Source: Octopus sinensis
Lineage: Eukaryota
Direction: 5' to 3'
Length of the DNA stretch: 64,000 nucleotides
Assembly: GCF_006345805.1 (NCBI RefSeq)
Contig: NC_042999.1
Location: 4,836,001 to 4,900,000 of the forward strand
This document shows, piece by piece, positions 51,291-63,631 of this stretch (position 1 is the stretch's first letter; each line of letters begins with the position of its first letter). The notes under the pieces are model-generated. The model made no database searches, was not told where the DNA came from, and was given only the letters and a program-made list of their open reading frames with translations. Made by a program: the position numbers and the translations under genes.

Positions 51291-51860
51291 CTAGCAGTAT
51301 CGCCCGGCGTTGCTCGGGTTTGATTCTATCTATTCACCAGAGTTGATTAAAACTAAAATAAATAAAACGAATAAATAAATGTGTATTTCTCTTTAATATT
51401 GTATGAAGATCTCCATGTAGAGAGAGAGGGTCGGTATTTTCTTTCCAGTTTTATAAAATAGACTAGCAGTATCGCCCGGCGTTGCTCGGGTTTGTAAGGG
51501 AAATAACTATATAAGCATTTTTAGGGAGTTATAGCCCAAAAAGTAGCAAAAAATGCCTTAAAAATGGGAAAAAAATTATGGTAATTTTTTTTTTAAATCG
51601 TTGACTCATCGTAGACATTTTTAGAGAGTTACTTCCCTTATATAATAGCGAAAAAATGCATTAAAATGGAAAAAAATGATGGTAAATTTTTTTTTAAATC
51701 GTAGACTCATCGTAGACGCGCGCTAATACCCAGAAGGGCTCGATATGAATCACGACTATAAGATACCCGGTTTTGGTTAAACTGCACCGCAAAATGTGGG
51801 AGTAGATAGGAATCTAAATCGTAGGAGACAGACACACAACTTCTCTTTTATATATAAAGA
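51291..51860 (-). mobile_element. composite Helitron with two 3' termini
   Basis: Body 51463-51860, 141-bp extra segment 51322-51462, second hairpin-CTAG at 51291-51321. Confidence 0.85.
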
Positions 51861-52580
51861 TTTACTTTTTCTTAAAATTTAAGATTGTGTGCAATTGCTT
51901 TTAGAAATATAATTTTTTGGCTTGGATCATATTTTTCCATAACATTTTTTATACGCAGGTTCATATCTCTGTATTTTTTTCTATTTATTTGGTTCTTCTC
52001 CTTGCATAAACTTCTGCAATTTGGTTCTGGCAAACCTTTCCTCCCATTCAATCACATCAGTAAGTCTCCAAATATGTGGATGACTTATATTCACTGTGTT
52101 TTCCAGCACGCTGTTGTAGGCTTCTAAACTATTTGTAGTACGAGCAATCCCCGTCATACATCGATCCCAGACATTCCATACAGGCAATGGAAATGGAGGT
52201 TCATGGCATCGCCTCCTCTGTCCTCGGGTGGTCCTATATAATTATTTTCAAAATAGGATACAATTGACTGTGGAATATCATCATCACCTACAAATTGTTC
52301 ATATCCGTCAACAACATCATCAATCGGCAGGAAGGCAAGGGCTACAAAACACTGCACTTTTAGACTAAAACTGTCATCTTTGAGATATCTGCATCTTAGT
52401 CCTTCTTGCACACATTTTGTCCGAAATGAAACAAGCAGCATGCCAAATTCGATCCAGGAAACCATTCCAGAAATCCGTTATGGGCTGCTTTTTCGAAATC
52501 TATAATTATATTATCAGGTCCCTCATTCTGCATTAATTTATTTATTTGGGCAAAAAGTCTATAATATGTGTCTTCACTTT

Positions 52581-53467
52581 GGTAAATATGAAGAATCTTT
52601 CCCATCGACAAATTAAAAAAAACACATTTTTCTAGGGTAAAACGGATGTGTTGTTTACGAAAAATGTATTAAAAATAGGGCATGGTAACCGTTTCAGAGA
52701 TATTCGCATTTTAGGAAGGTTCTGAGTACAATTTGTGAAGGAAATTGTTTGGAGACCTGGGATGAGGTGTAAATACCTCAAGCAGTATATGGGGAGGTAT
52801 TCTGTTCATTAAATCTATTCCAAATCATGCTGAACGTCTCCATCGCTTTCTTACGGAGAGCAGCAAACTGCATCTGGGACCCTCTTAAAAATGTGGATAT
52901 ATTTGAAACGGTAAGCTTGCTCTATTTTTTGTTCCTTTTTTTCATAATATACAAGTTTATTTTACCGTAGAACGTTAGACTAAGGTAAAGCATGTGCACA
53001 TTGGTTAGGGTTAGTTTAAGCTTTGATTTTGGGTTAGCGTTAAGTGGTATGCATGCATTTTACCTATTTCTTTACTACCCACAAGGGGCTAAACATAGAG
53101 GGGACAAACAAGGACAGACATAGGTATTAAGTTGATACATCGACCCCAGTGCGTAAGTGGTACTTAATTTATCGACCACGAAAGGATGAAAGGCAAAGTC
53201 GACCTCGGCGGAATTTGAACTCAGAACGTAATGGCAGACGAAATACCGCTCAGCATTTCGCCTGACATGCCAACGTTTCTGCCAGCTCGCCGCCTTATGC
53301 ATGCATTTTACCTTCGTCCGTAACCTTCATAAAAATGCGCATATCTCTGAAACAATTAGTTTGCCCTAATTTTTATTGCGTTTTTCATAATCTACATGTC
53401 CATTTTACTCTAGAAAACTGGGTTTTTTTTTTATATTTGTCATTGGGAAAGATTCTTCATATTTACC
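52581..53467. mobile_element. long-TIR MITE inside the MULE remnant, containing SINE A (53065-53294)
   Basis: TIR GGTAAATATGAAGAATCTTTCCCA; SINE TSD TATGCATGCATTTTACC. Confidence 0.8.
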
Positions 53468-54042
53468 CGAAGTGTTTCATCACTTGTAAATATTAGCATT
53501 CTAAACTAAATCTTCCATCCCTGTTGTCAATCTGTAAAAACGTTTTATCCTTGTCAAGATAGGAGTCTTCACTTGGAATGGAAACCCCAACAGATGTAAG
53601 TGGGGTGGCAGGATAGTTGGAATCAACTTGCCTCCAATGTCTAATATTCCTATTAAGCTGTGCAAACGGAGGTATTTGCAACAATGTACAGTCATTTAAA
53701 TTCTGAACTTCACCAGCTATAATTGAACGAGGGGCATCGCAAGATGAAATAGACTTTACTTTATTATTTGAAACTATTATCCTTGCATTTACCTCTGCAG
53801 CAGTTGAAGCGTGATTATGGATCCCAATCTTCTTAAGCTCTTTATAATTTTCATCTGTATGAAGTCTTGCCTTGCACACACGATTTTCACACCTCCAGTA
53901 TATCTACAATCCATCTGCATTCTGCTTATTTCTTGTGTGTATATAATTTTTTTTGATCGACCAGTTGTTTTTCCTTTCTCTGAAGTTATGATCTTGCAGG
54001 TTGTCATGTTGATGGGAAGACGTTTTGAATAAATTTAATTCC

Positions 54043-54282
54043 TTTTTTTCTTTCTTCTTTACTACCCACAAGTTGCTAAACATAGAAGGGACAAACAAGG
54101 ACAGACAAAGGGATAAAGTTGATTACATCGACTCCAGTACGAAACTGGTACTTAATTTATCGACCCCGAAAGGATGAAAGGCAAAGTCAACCTGGGCGGA
54201 ATTTGAACTCAGAACATAACGGCAGACAAAGTACCGCTAAGCATTTTGCCCGGCGTGCTAATGTTTCTGCCAGCTCGCTGCC
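54043..54282 (-). mobile_element. SINE A (putative donor copy)
   Basis: 14-bp TSD ATAAATTTAATTCC (54029-54042, 54285-54298). Confidence 0.9.
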
Positions 54283-54862
54283 TTATAAATTTAATTCCAT
54301 TTGCTTGGAAATCTTCGTTCATAAACTGTTCAGCACAGATACTTGAGAGGGGAGGGTGGGGAAGGTTAAAGAAAGGAAAAAAAAATATCTAAAACTGTCC
54401 AACGACAATTTTAATTCTAAAGTGATGGTTCTAAACTTTTCCTTGAAAATCACATTTCAAACATTTTGGGATGAATTGAGCAGCAACACTATTTATTTAT
54501 ATATTTATTATACCTTTTACATAACCCAAATTTATACATTACATCACACTAACTTTTAAAAGCATCCTTAGTTTTTAACAAGGGTATTATTTGTAATCAT
54601 AGGGACTTATCTAGCAGTCACAAAAAGCGTTATATATTACAATTAACAACACTGGATATTACTACCAGGTATAACTCCTTTGACTAACATCGCTGGTCAA
54701 CTAGTCATTTTCCCCACTTTTTGCTTCATTCATCTAATTGAAGAAACATACACATGTGTGGAGCCCAAAAGAATCACATGTAAGCCTAAAGACTTCAACT
54801 TTTTCCTTTTTCTTTTCATTTCCCCTTTTCTCCTATCTATATTCCTCTGATAAACTCTAAAT

Positions 54863-54941
54863 CATTCTGACGATGTTTGTTAAATGGAATGAAATAAATG
54901 CAAATTTACTTCGAAAGAACAAACTGAAACAGCTGTAAATG
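54863..54941 (+). ncRNA. type I hammerhead ribozyme (CUGACGA)
   Basis: CATT-CTGACGA-T-GTTTGTT..AACAAAC-T-GAAA-CAGCTG-TA-AATG. Confidence 0.7.
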
Positions 54942-55029
54942 TTCTTGAACTACAATTAAACTATGACCTTTTAATACCAGTGATCAACTTCTAATTGTTA
55001 AATGTTGATCCATTTCTTTTCTTATCTGA

Positions 55030-55099
<70 letters not shown>

Positions 55100-55689
55100 G
55101 CGATGGGCTTCTTCAGTTTCTGTCTATCAAATCCACTCACAAGGCTTTGATCGGCCTGAGGCTATAGGAGGTGCCAACCTGGAACCATGTGGTTGGGAAG
55201 CAAGCTACTTACCACACAGCCACCCCTGCACCTATATATCATCATCATCATCATTTAATGTCTGTTTTTCATGCTGGCATGGGTTGGATGGCTTGACAGG
55301 AGCTGGCCTGGCAGAAGATTGTACCAGGTTTCAGTGTCTGTTTTGTCATGGTTCTTATGACTGGATGCCTTCCTGAAACCAGCTGCTCCACAGTGTGGGT
55401 TGAGGGCTTTCTATGTGCCAGGCAAGGTCAGTTTTGGCATGGGTTTTACAGCTAGATGCCCTTCCACACACCAACCACTTTACAGTTGACAGGGTCACCG
55501 AGTAACTTGCAAAAGAAAGAACCTTTGAGAGGGGAGGGGCCATTGGAGGAGGTGACCTTGTGCTAGAGGATGAAAGGTGTGACAGAGAGACAGAAATAGG
55601 TAACCAGATACATAGTTGCCTAGTCAGAGAATGAGGAATGTGGAATGAAACAGGTGTGTTGGTGTAGAGAAGGTACATGGATAACCAGT

Positions 55690-56095
55690 CAAAGGAGAGA
55701 ACAAGACAGAGAAAGAGAGGAAGATGGAGAGAGAGAGAGGAAGAGGGAGAGAGAGAGAGGAAGAGGGAGAGAGAGAGAGAGAGTTGGGAAAAGGGTGTAG
55801 AGGAGAAGGGGGAAAGAAAGAAAGCAGGAAGAGGGAGTGGGAAAGAGGGGGAAAAGAGAGTGAGTGAGAGAAAGGAGGATGCTGGATGAGAAAAGGAGTG
55901 AGGACAAGAGAGGTGGGAGAAAGGGAAAGGAGAAAAGGAGAGGGAGAGAAAGGTACAAAGAGAGGGAGTTAGAGTCAGAGAAAGAGAGAGAGAGATTGTG
56001 TGAAAGGAAGAGAGCAAGAGAAAAAGGTGGGGGAAGTGAAAGGAAAGAGGAAAAGAAAGAGTGAGAGAGAAAGAGTAAGAGAGAGAGAGAGAGCA
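55690..56095. repeat. GA-rich low-complexity tract
   Basis: Direct reading. Confidence 0.9.
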
Positions 56096-56734
56096 GTGTG
56101 AGTAGGCTGAAGTAATAAAGGAATTTATTGTGGAATTCTAATCCAAATCGTCTGACATATTTTTTTCCCCTTTTTTCCTTCCCAAAAGTGACCACCATTT
56201 TAATTTCCGATGTAATGTTTGCTAAGATCTCAAGATCTCATAATCTTCAGCCTTTTCTACTCAATGACGTCAAATGCAATCAATAGATTTACTTTTCACC
56301 TGCCAACTTCACTCATTTTTTTGTTTTGTTTTATTTTCCTAACCTTCTCTTTCCCCCATTTTCTTTTCTTTTTCTCATTCTCTCGTTTCTTCATATTTGT
56401 TCTTTCTTGTTCTCAGATCTGAAGACGTGATTCTTTCGTTTTTAGTTTATGTTTCTCTATTGACACAAATTCTTGAACAAACAGTCAAAAGAATTGATAA
56501 GTATATAAAAACATATAACTCGTGCAGGATCAGTTAAATAAATAAAACAATGATAAATAAAGTAAAATGATGATAATTACTGGTATTGTTTATTTTTAAA
56601 ACAATTGTTATAGGTTCTAAGGAAATAAATTGTGATATACAAGGCATTCTCAAGAATTTTCCATTTTTTTGTGTCTCTCGTTGTTTACATATTTCATGTT
56701 GTTTGCACAGTTGGTGACATCCTGTACCCGTATA

Positions 56735-56800
<66 letters not shown>

Positions 56801-56849
56801 TCATCACCATCATATATATTTATTATTGTGTGTGTGTGTATATATATCT

Positions 56850-57215
56850 GAGCATTAGGTTTGTCAGTTTCTATCCAGTCTCCTCAGCTGATGTTTGTGC
56901 CGGATGTGACTTTGCAGTCCAAGTCGGCGGCAAAAGAGTCATGGGCAGAATTCACACAGGATGGTCAGTGTGGGTCGAGGATGTTGAAGACGCTCCATTC
57001 TTCTCCTGTGCTTTACCTCCTCATTCTGTTGTCTGTTCTGCTCGAAGTAGCTGGCTCCATTGCAGATAGAAGTCCTCCAGGCTGTCCTATCCATGGCAAT
57101 CTGTTCCCATGAGGATGGCTGGATGTTAGTTTGAGCAAGGGTCTGTTTGAGCTGATCTTTAAAATGGAATTTTAGACCTCCTCTGGGTCGTGTTCCAATT
57201 GCAAGTTCTCCATAG
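56850..57215 (-). pseudogene. RTE/BovB-like LINE ORF C-terminus
   Basis: YGELAIGTRPRGG..FKDQLK..WEQIAMDRTAWR..CEFCP*..GLQSHIRHKH. Confidence 0.85.
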
Positions 57216-57333
57216 ATATGTATACATGTATTTCTGTATACATATCTTGGAGCCTGGTGCAGACATTTGGTTCGCCAGTCCTCAGTCAAATCGTCCAACC
57301 CATGCTAGAATGGAAGGCGGACGTTAAATGAAG

Positions 57334-57459
57334 ATGATGATGATAGTGGTGATGATGATGATAATGATGATGATGGTGATGATGATGATGATGGTGGTGA
57401 TGATGATGATGATGATGATGATGGTGATGATGGTGGTGATGGTGGTGATGATGATGATG
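57334..57459. repeat. expanded (GAT/GGT)n tail of a family C copy
   Basis: Follows GGACGTTAAA. Confidence 0.9.
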
Positions 57460-58874
57460 TGTGTCTCCACATCATTCCATCTATACATATCTCACTATTC
57501 ACCAATCATGTTGACTAATTACTCTCCTTCACTGACTTAGTAATTAATTAATCCAAACAATGCCAGAAACTTAAAGGTTGTTTCCATATTGATTGTCATG
57601 GTTCAAATATCCTGTAGGATGTGATTCGTTTTCAATCATATTGCTGAGTTTTAATTATGTCCTCATCTTCTACGATTCTCTCAGCCGCTTGTCGTCTGAC
57701 AGACTCGGCCATTTCTTCACCATATATAAATAATCATGAAATAAACTTCTAGACATTCCTCCCATTTCATCTTATTGTCAAATTGCAATCAACAGCTAAT
57801 GCTGATTATTGCTGCTATCCTTCTTTCGCTTTCCACTTGCTTTAAACAGAAGATTACCAGAATCTTATATATTTATCTATTTTCATTCTCTTCACTATTT
57901 GGCTATCAATAAACAACCTCAAGCTTCGAAATCAATCTAATTTTTTCTATAAGACATATTGATCACTTGTAGGCAAGGTCAATGTAGCAGCAATACCCCC
58001 AGATGAAATAGAGCACTGGGTCCTGTAGTATTATATATTTATTTGTTGTTTTTTTTTTTGTCGAACAAATCAACCCTAGGACTTATTCTTTCTAAGCCTA
58101 GTATTTATTGCTAAGTTATGAGGACGTAAACACACCAACATCAGTTGATGGTGGAGGTACAAAACCACACACAAAAATATATATATATGACAGGCTTCTC
58201 TCAGTTTCCATCTGCCGAATCCTCTCACAAAGCTTTGGTCAGCCTGAAACTATAATAGAAGACACTTGCCCAAGGTGCCACACAGTGGGATTGAACCTGG
58301 AACCATGTGGCTGGGAAGCAAGCTTCTTACCACACAGCCACTCCTTTTTTTGTTAATACTTATCTGCAATAAACTGCTTAACTTCCTCAATACACCAAAT
58401 ATCTAAGTTTTTTTTCCATGCAATTCCTAATAATAGGATTTTTTAAACATTGAATGGCTAAGAGAGTCCAGTAGAGTAAAAGTGGAACCAAAGGGGATCA
58501 TAGGTAAAAAATAATGTTTAAGAACCACTGATATAGATTATGGTTATACTGGAATTTGATCTGCAAGAAAAGAATTGTGCTGAGTGCAATGGATAATTCA
58601 CATATCTTGACTTTGTTTCGTCATACATTTTGATGAGGTGTGTGAATTATTGTTATATTTATTTTTCCACATCAAATTCTGGCATAATTGCACCATATAA
58701 AAATGTATTTGTTGAAAAGCTCATTTTTCAGAAAGTTATGAGGAAACAAAGATGGTGTGGGGGTACATTTCTGTAGTTATATCACATAACCAAATGGTTA
58801 AGAATTTGGCTTTGCAACCTCATGGTTCTGTGTCCAATACCTCTGTGACATGCTGGACAAATGTCGTTGATTAA

Positions 58875-59210
58875 GGCGGCGAGCTGGCAGAAACGTTAGC
58901 ATGCCGGGCGAAATGTCCAGCGGTATTTCGTCTGCCGTTACGTTCTGAGTTCAAATTCTGCTGAGGTCAACTTTGCCTTTCATCCTTTCGGGGTCAGTAA
59001 ATTAAGTACCAGTTACGCACTGGGGTCGATGTAATCGACTTTATCCCCTTGTCTGTCCTTGTTTGTCCCTTCTATGTTTAGCAACTTGTGGGTAGTAAAG
59101 AAGAAAGAAAAAAAGGAATTAAATTTATTCAAAATGTCTTCATCATCAACATGACTACCTGCAAGATCATAACTTCAGAGAAAGTCACCCCTTGAGGGTA
59201 ATAAAGAAAT
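58875..59210 (+). mobile_element. SINE A with 70-bp transduced flank and a second tail
   Basis: TSD AAATGTCRTTGWTTA; 59115-59184 matches the reverse complement of 53974-54042. Confidence 0.85.
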
Positions 59211-59544
59211 AAATGTCATTGTTTAGGCCTAGGGTTAACCCATACTTTCTGAGTGAAACTGGGTTGATGGGAGCCATATATAAGCTCATCAGCTAGATTG
59301 TACCTGTGATTTAAGTGGCACACCTTGTCACACAGTGTATTATGTTGATAACATTAATTGTACTTGTGTCTATCAAGGCCACTCTCCTGATGATGTGCTG
59401 ATACATAGCTGCTGTTGCTGGGTTGTATTCATGTAATTATTTATATAATCATCATCATCATCATCATCATCGTTTAGCGTTCGTTTTCCATGCTAGCATG
59501 GGTTAAATATTCTATGTAATGAAATCAAAAATCAAAATCAAATT

Positions 59545-60078
59545 CGATGACTGGCATCCGTGCTAGCGGGGTGCAAAGAGCACCATACGAGTGTGATCAT
59601 TGACAGAGTGGCTAACTGGCTTCCGTGCCAGTGGCACTTAAAAGACACCATTCCAGCGTGATCGTTACCAGCACCACCTTACTGGCACTCGAGCCCCATG
59701 CTAGTTGGGTATTAAGAGCACCATCCGAGTGTGATCATTGCCAGAGCGGCTATCTGGCCTCTGTGCCGGTGGCACGTAAAAGACACCATTCGAGTGTAAT
59801 CATTATCAGCATCGCCTTACTGGCACCTGTGCCAGTGGCATGTGTAAAAGGTTCAAGCGAGGTCGTTGTCAGTGCCGCCTGACTGGCCCCATACCAGTGG
59901 CATGTAAAAGTACCCACTATGCTCTCGGAGTGGTTAGCGTTAGGAAGGGCATCCAGCTGTAGAAACTCTGCCAGATCAAGATTGAATCCTGGTGCAGCCA
60001 TCTGGTTCGCCAGCCCTCAGTCAAAATCATCCAACCCATGCTAGCATGGAAAGCAGACATTAAATGATGATGATGATG
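59545..60078 (+). mobile_element. retroposon family C
   Basis: GTGCCRGTGGCAC units, GAAGGGCATCCAGCTG, (GAT)n tail. Confidence 0.8.
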
Positions 60079-60529
60079 TTGGTATGATATGGAAAACTCA
60101 GTAATTAACAGTTGTTACCATTGCACAGAAACAATTGTTGTGATTTGTGATTAAAGCCATCTTATTTTATAAATTTTTATACACACACACACTGTTTTGC
60201 TTGTGTATACATTGTACTTGTTTCCATGAAAATTCAATGTCAAAAGAAGTAGCATGTAATTATGTACTCATATAAAAATCCCCAATGCTATAGATATGGC
60301 ATGTTGTTTTTGTTCTTTAACAAAATATCCTGATAATACACTTGAGTGATTCGTTTTATAATCAATAATCAGCATTTAATGATAATTTCTGAGTCTCGTA
60401 ATTCACTGTCAATAAATAAACTCGTTGACTCTCTCATTGATCAGACAGGAAAGCAATTAAATATAATTAGCATGTATAATTACAATGGCGTGTGGAAGTA
60501 GAGCAGAACAACACAGCTCGTTGATTGCA

Positions 60530-60926
60530 TACTCTTTTACTCTTTTACTTGTTTCAGTCATTTGACTGCGGCCATGCTGGAGCACCGCCTTTAGTCGAGC
60601 AAATCGATCCTGGGACTTATTCTTTGTAAGCCCAGTACTTATTCTATCGGTCTATTTTGCCGAACCGCTAAGTGACGGGGACGTAAACACACCAGCATCA
60701 GTTGTCAAGCAATGCTAGGGGGACAAACACAGACACACAAACGTACACACACACACATATACATATATACGACAGGCTTCTTTCAGTTTCCGTCTACCAA
60801 ATCCACTCACAAGGCATTGGTCCGCCCGGGGCTATAGCAGAAGACGCTTGCCCAAGATGCCACGCAGTGGGACTGAACCCAGAACCATGTGGTTGGTTAG
60901 CAAGCTACTTACCACACAGCCACTCC
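60530..60926 (-). mobile_element. SINE B
   Basis: Matches 17701 family. Confidence 0.9.
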
Positions 60927-61293
60927 TATTGATAAAATAATTAATTTGCTTTCTTTAAAAAACTGCCAAACATTTATTTTGTACCAGAAAATATATTTTG
61001 ATTCTATTTAAAATGCAGAGCAGATGGTGTATACATTGCCGTAAAAGCTCGTATGTATTTCATAATTTATTACTTGTCATTGTCGTCATCATCATCATGT
61101 CCACTTTTCTATCATTCTCATGTGGGTCGGACAGGTTTGTTGAGGCAAGTTTTCTGTGACTGGATGCCCCTCCTGTCATTAACCCTCGTCTGTTTCCAAG
61201 CAAGGTGATATTTTTCTCTGGTCAGAAATATTTTTCCTGGAAGACTAAAAATGAGCGACATCACTTGTAGGATGGTTACATTCACTTACAAAA

Positions 61294-61527
61294 GGCGGCA
61301 AACTGGCAGAAACGTTAGCGCGCTGGGTGAAATGCTTAGCGGTATTTCATCTGTCGTTACGTTCTGAGTTCAAATTCCGCCCAGGTCGACTTTGCCTTTC
61401 ATCCTTTCGGGGTCGGTAAATAAAGTACCAGTTACGCACTGGGGTCGATGTAATCGACTTAATCCCTTTGTCTGTCCTTGTTTGTCCCCTCTATGTTTAG
61501 CCCCTTGTGGGCAGTAAAGAAATATAT
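61294..61527 (+). mobile_element. SINE A
   Basis: TSD ATTCACTTACAAA. Confidence 0.9.
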
Positions 61528-61611
61528 ATTCACTTACAAACATCACATGACATCAAGGCAAGGAACCACACACACGCATATACAACATATATATATCTTA
61601 CAGAGTGTATT

Positions 61612-61848
61612 TCTATTTCTTTACTACCCACAAGGGGCTAAACAAAGAGGAGACAAACAAGGACGGACAGACAGACGGATTAAGTCGATTATATCAACCC
61701 CAGTGTGTAACTGGTACTTAATTTATCGACCCAGAAAGGATGAAAGGCAAAGTCGACCTCGGCGGAATTTGAAGTCAGAACGTAGTGGCAGACGAAATAC
61801 TGCTAAACATTTCGCCCAGCGTGCTAACGTTTCTGCCAGCTCACTGCC
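61612..61848 (-). mobile_element. SINE A
   Basis: TSD TTACAGAGTGTATT. Confidence 0.9.
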
Positions 61849-62034
61849 TTTTACAGAGTGTATTGGATGCTTTCTTCTTTTTTTTAAGGCACCAGCACCA
61901 GTGAAGTAGCCTTGTATTTTACAAGACCAAGGTCGTCTTTGTTTGATTAGTGGTGCAGTAGAGAAAGGAAAGCATGTTTATGCTGTGAGACAATATTTAT
62001 AAAAATATTATTGACTTCAAGGTTTTGTTTCTAC

Positions 62035-62234
62035 CATTTATCTGTTATGTACTTCAAATGATTTCTGGAAAGTACCATGTCTTGTATTTGTAAAGAACCA
62101 GAGAAATAGAATTGTCTGATGTCTCTGTTGTTGCCATGGACATCAACAGCCTCATAAGTGAAGTAGAATAAATAGACACGACTGGGAATTGAAAATGTGG
62201 CTCCCCAAGAAGTATCATTATAAGACAACAATGG
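62035..62234 (-). CDS. candidate coding exon (extracellular beta-sandwich-like)
   Basis: Open frame PLLSYNDTSWGATFSIPSRVYLFYFTYEAVDVHGNNRDIRQFYFSGSLQIQD..KW between AG and GTAGAA. Confidence 0.4.
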
Positions 62235-62417
62235 CTTCGTGGAACAAAAATTATAAAATAGCACTTAATGTAATGATAACTAAACATTGTTATGGAATAT
62301 CAATATAACGACTTTGCCTGTTTTCTCACCAGTCACACTTAAAGGTTGAGGTGCCAGGCTGTAATCTCATGAACACAAAAATGGAAAACACACACACACA
62401 AAATCATACTCACTTTT

Positions 62418-62812
62418 TAACTCTTTTACTTGCTTCAGTCATTTGACTGTGGCCATGCTGGAGCATCGCCTTTTGTCAAGCAAATCGACCCCAGGACTTA
62501 TTCTTTGTAAGCCTAGTACTTATTCTATCGGACTCTTTTACTGAACCGCTAGGTTATGGGGACGTAAACACACCAGCATCGGTTGTCAAGCGATGTTTAG
62601 GGGACAAACACAGACACAAAAACATATACACACACACATACATATATATATACACATATATACGACGGGCTTCTTTCAGTTTCCGTCTACCAAATCCACT
62701 CACAAGGCTTTGGTCGGCCCGAGGCTATAGTAGAAGACACTTGCCCAAGGTGCCACACAGTGGGACTGAACCTGGAACCATGTGGTTAGTAAGCAGGCTA
62801 CTTACCACACAA
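62418..62812 (-). mobile_element. SINE B
   Basis: Matches 17701 family. Confidence 0.9.
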
Positions 62813-63067
62813 CCGTCCCCATCATTTAACTTTGTCTTTCATGCTGGCATGGATTGGACAATTTGACAGGAGCTGGCAAGCCGGTGGGGCTGCACCAGGC
62901 TCTAGTCGTCTTTTGGCATGGTTTCTATGGCTGAATGCCCTTCCTAATGCCAACCACTTTCCAGAATGTACTCAGTATGTTTATGTAGCAGCAACATGAG
63001 TGCATTTTATGTGCATTTGTCATGTGGTGCTGGCACATAACATGGCTGTTTTATAAGGCATCTGCAT

Positions 63068-63631
63068 AGGTGCTTTTTACATGGTGCGGGCCCAGGTGCT
63101 TTTTACATGGTGCGGGCCCAGGTGCTTTTTACATGGTGCGGGCCCAGGTGCTTTTTACATGGTGCGGGCCCAGGTGCTTTTTACATGGTACGGGCCCAGG
63201 TGCTTTTTACATGGTGCAGGCCCAGGTGCTTTTTACATGGTGCGGGCCCAGGTGCTTTTTACATGGTGCGGGCCCAGGTGCTTTTTACATGGTGTGGGCC
63301 CAGGTGCTTTTTACATGGTGCGGGCCCAGGTGCTTTTTACATGGTGCAGGCCCAGGTGCTTTTTACATGGTGTGGGCCCAGGTGCTTTTTACATGGTGCG
63401 GGCCCAGGTGCTTTTTACATGGTGTGGGCCCAGGTGCTTTTTACATGGTGCGGGCCCAGGTGCTTTTTACATGGTGTGGGCCCAGGTGCTTTTTACATGG
63501 TGCGGGCCCAGGTGCTTTTTACATGGTGCAGGCCCAGGTGCTTTTTACATGGTGCGGGCCCAGGTGCTTTTTACATCGTGCCTGCCCAGGTGCTTTTTAC
63601 ATCGTGCCTGCCCAGGTGCTTTTTACATGGC
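63068..63631. repeat. 26-bp minisatellite, ~21.5 copies
   Basis: Unit GGTGCTTTTTACATGGTGCGGGCCCA, at the end of a family C copy. Confidence 0.95.

Larger units (their letters stand above)
51870..54330 (-). pseudogene. fragmented MULE (Mutator) transposase with FLYWCH zinc finger
   Basis: YWRCENRVCKARLHT..HNH; IIIDFEKAAHN..CLFHFGQN; RTTNSLEAYN; frameshifted and interrupted. Confidence 0.85.

Noticed and set aside
63068-63631. CRISPR-like array or 190-200 aa ORFs
   Set aside because: No unique spacers; it is a 26-bp minisatellite with mostly CpG-type variants, and frames are open only because the unit lacks stops
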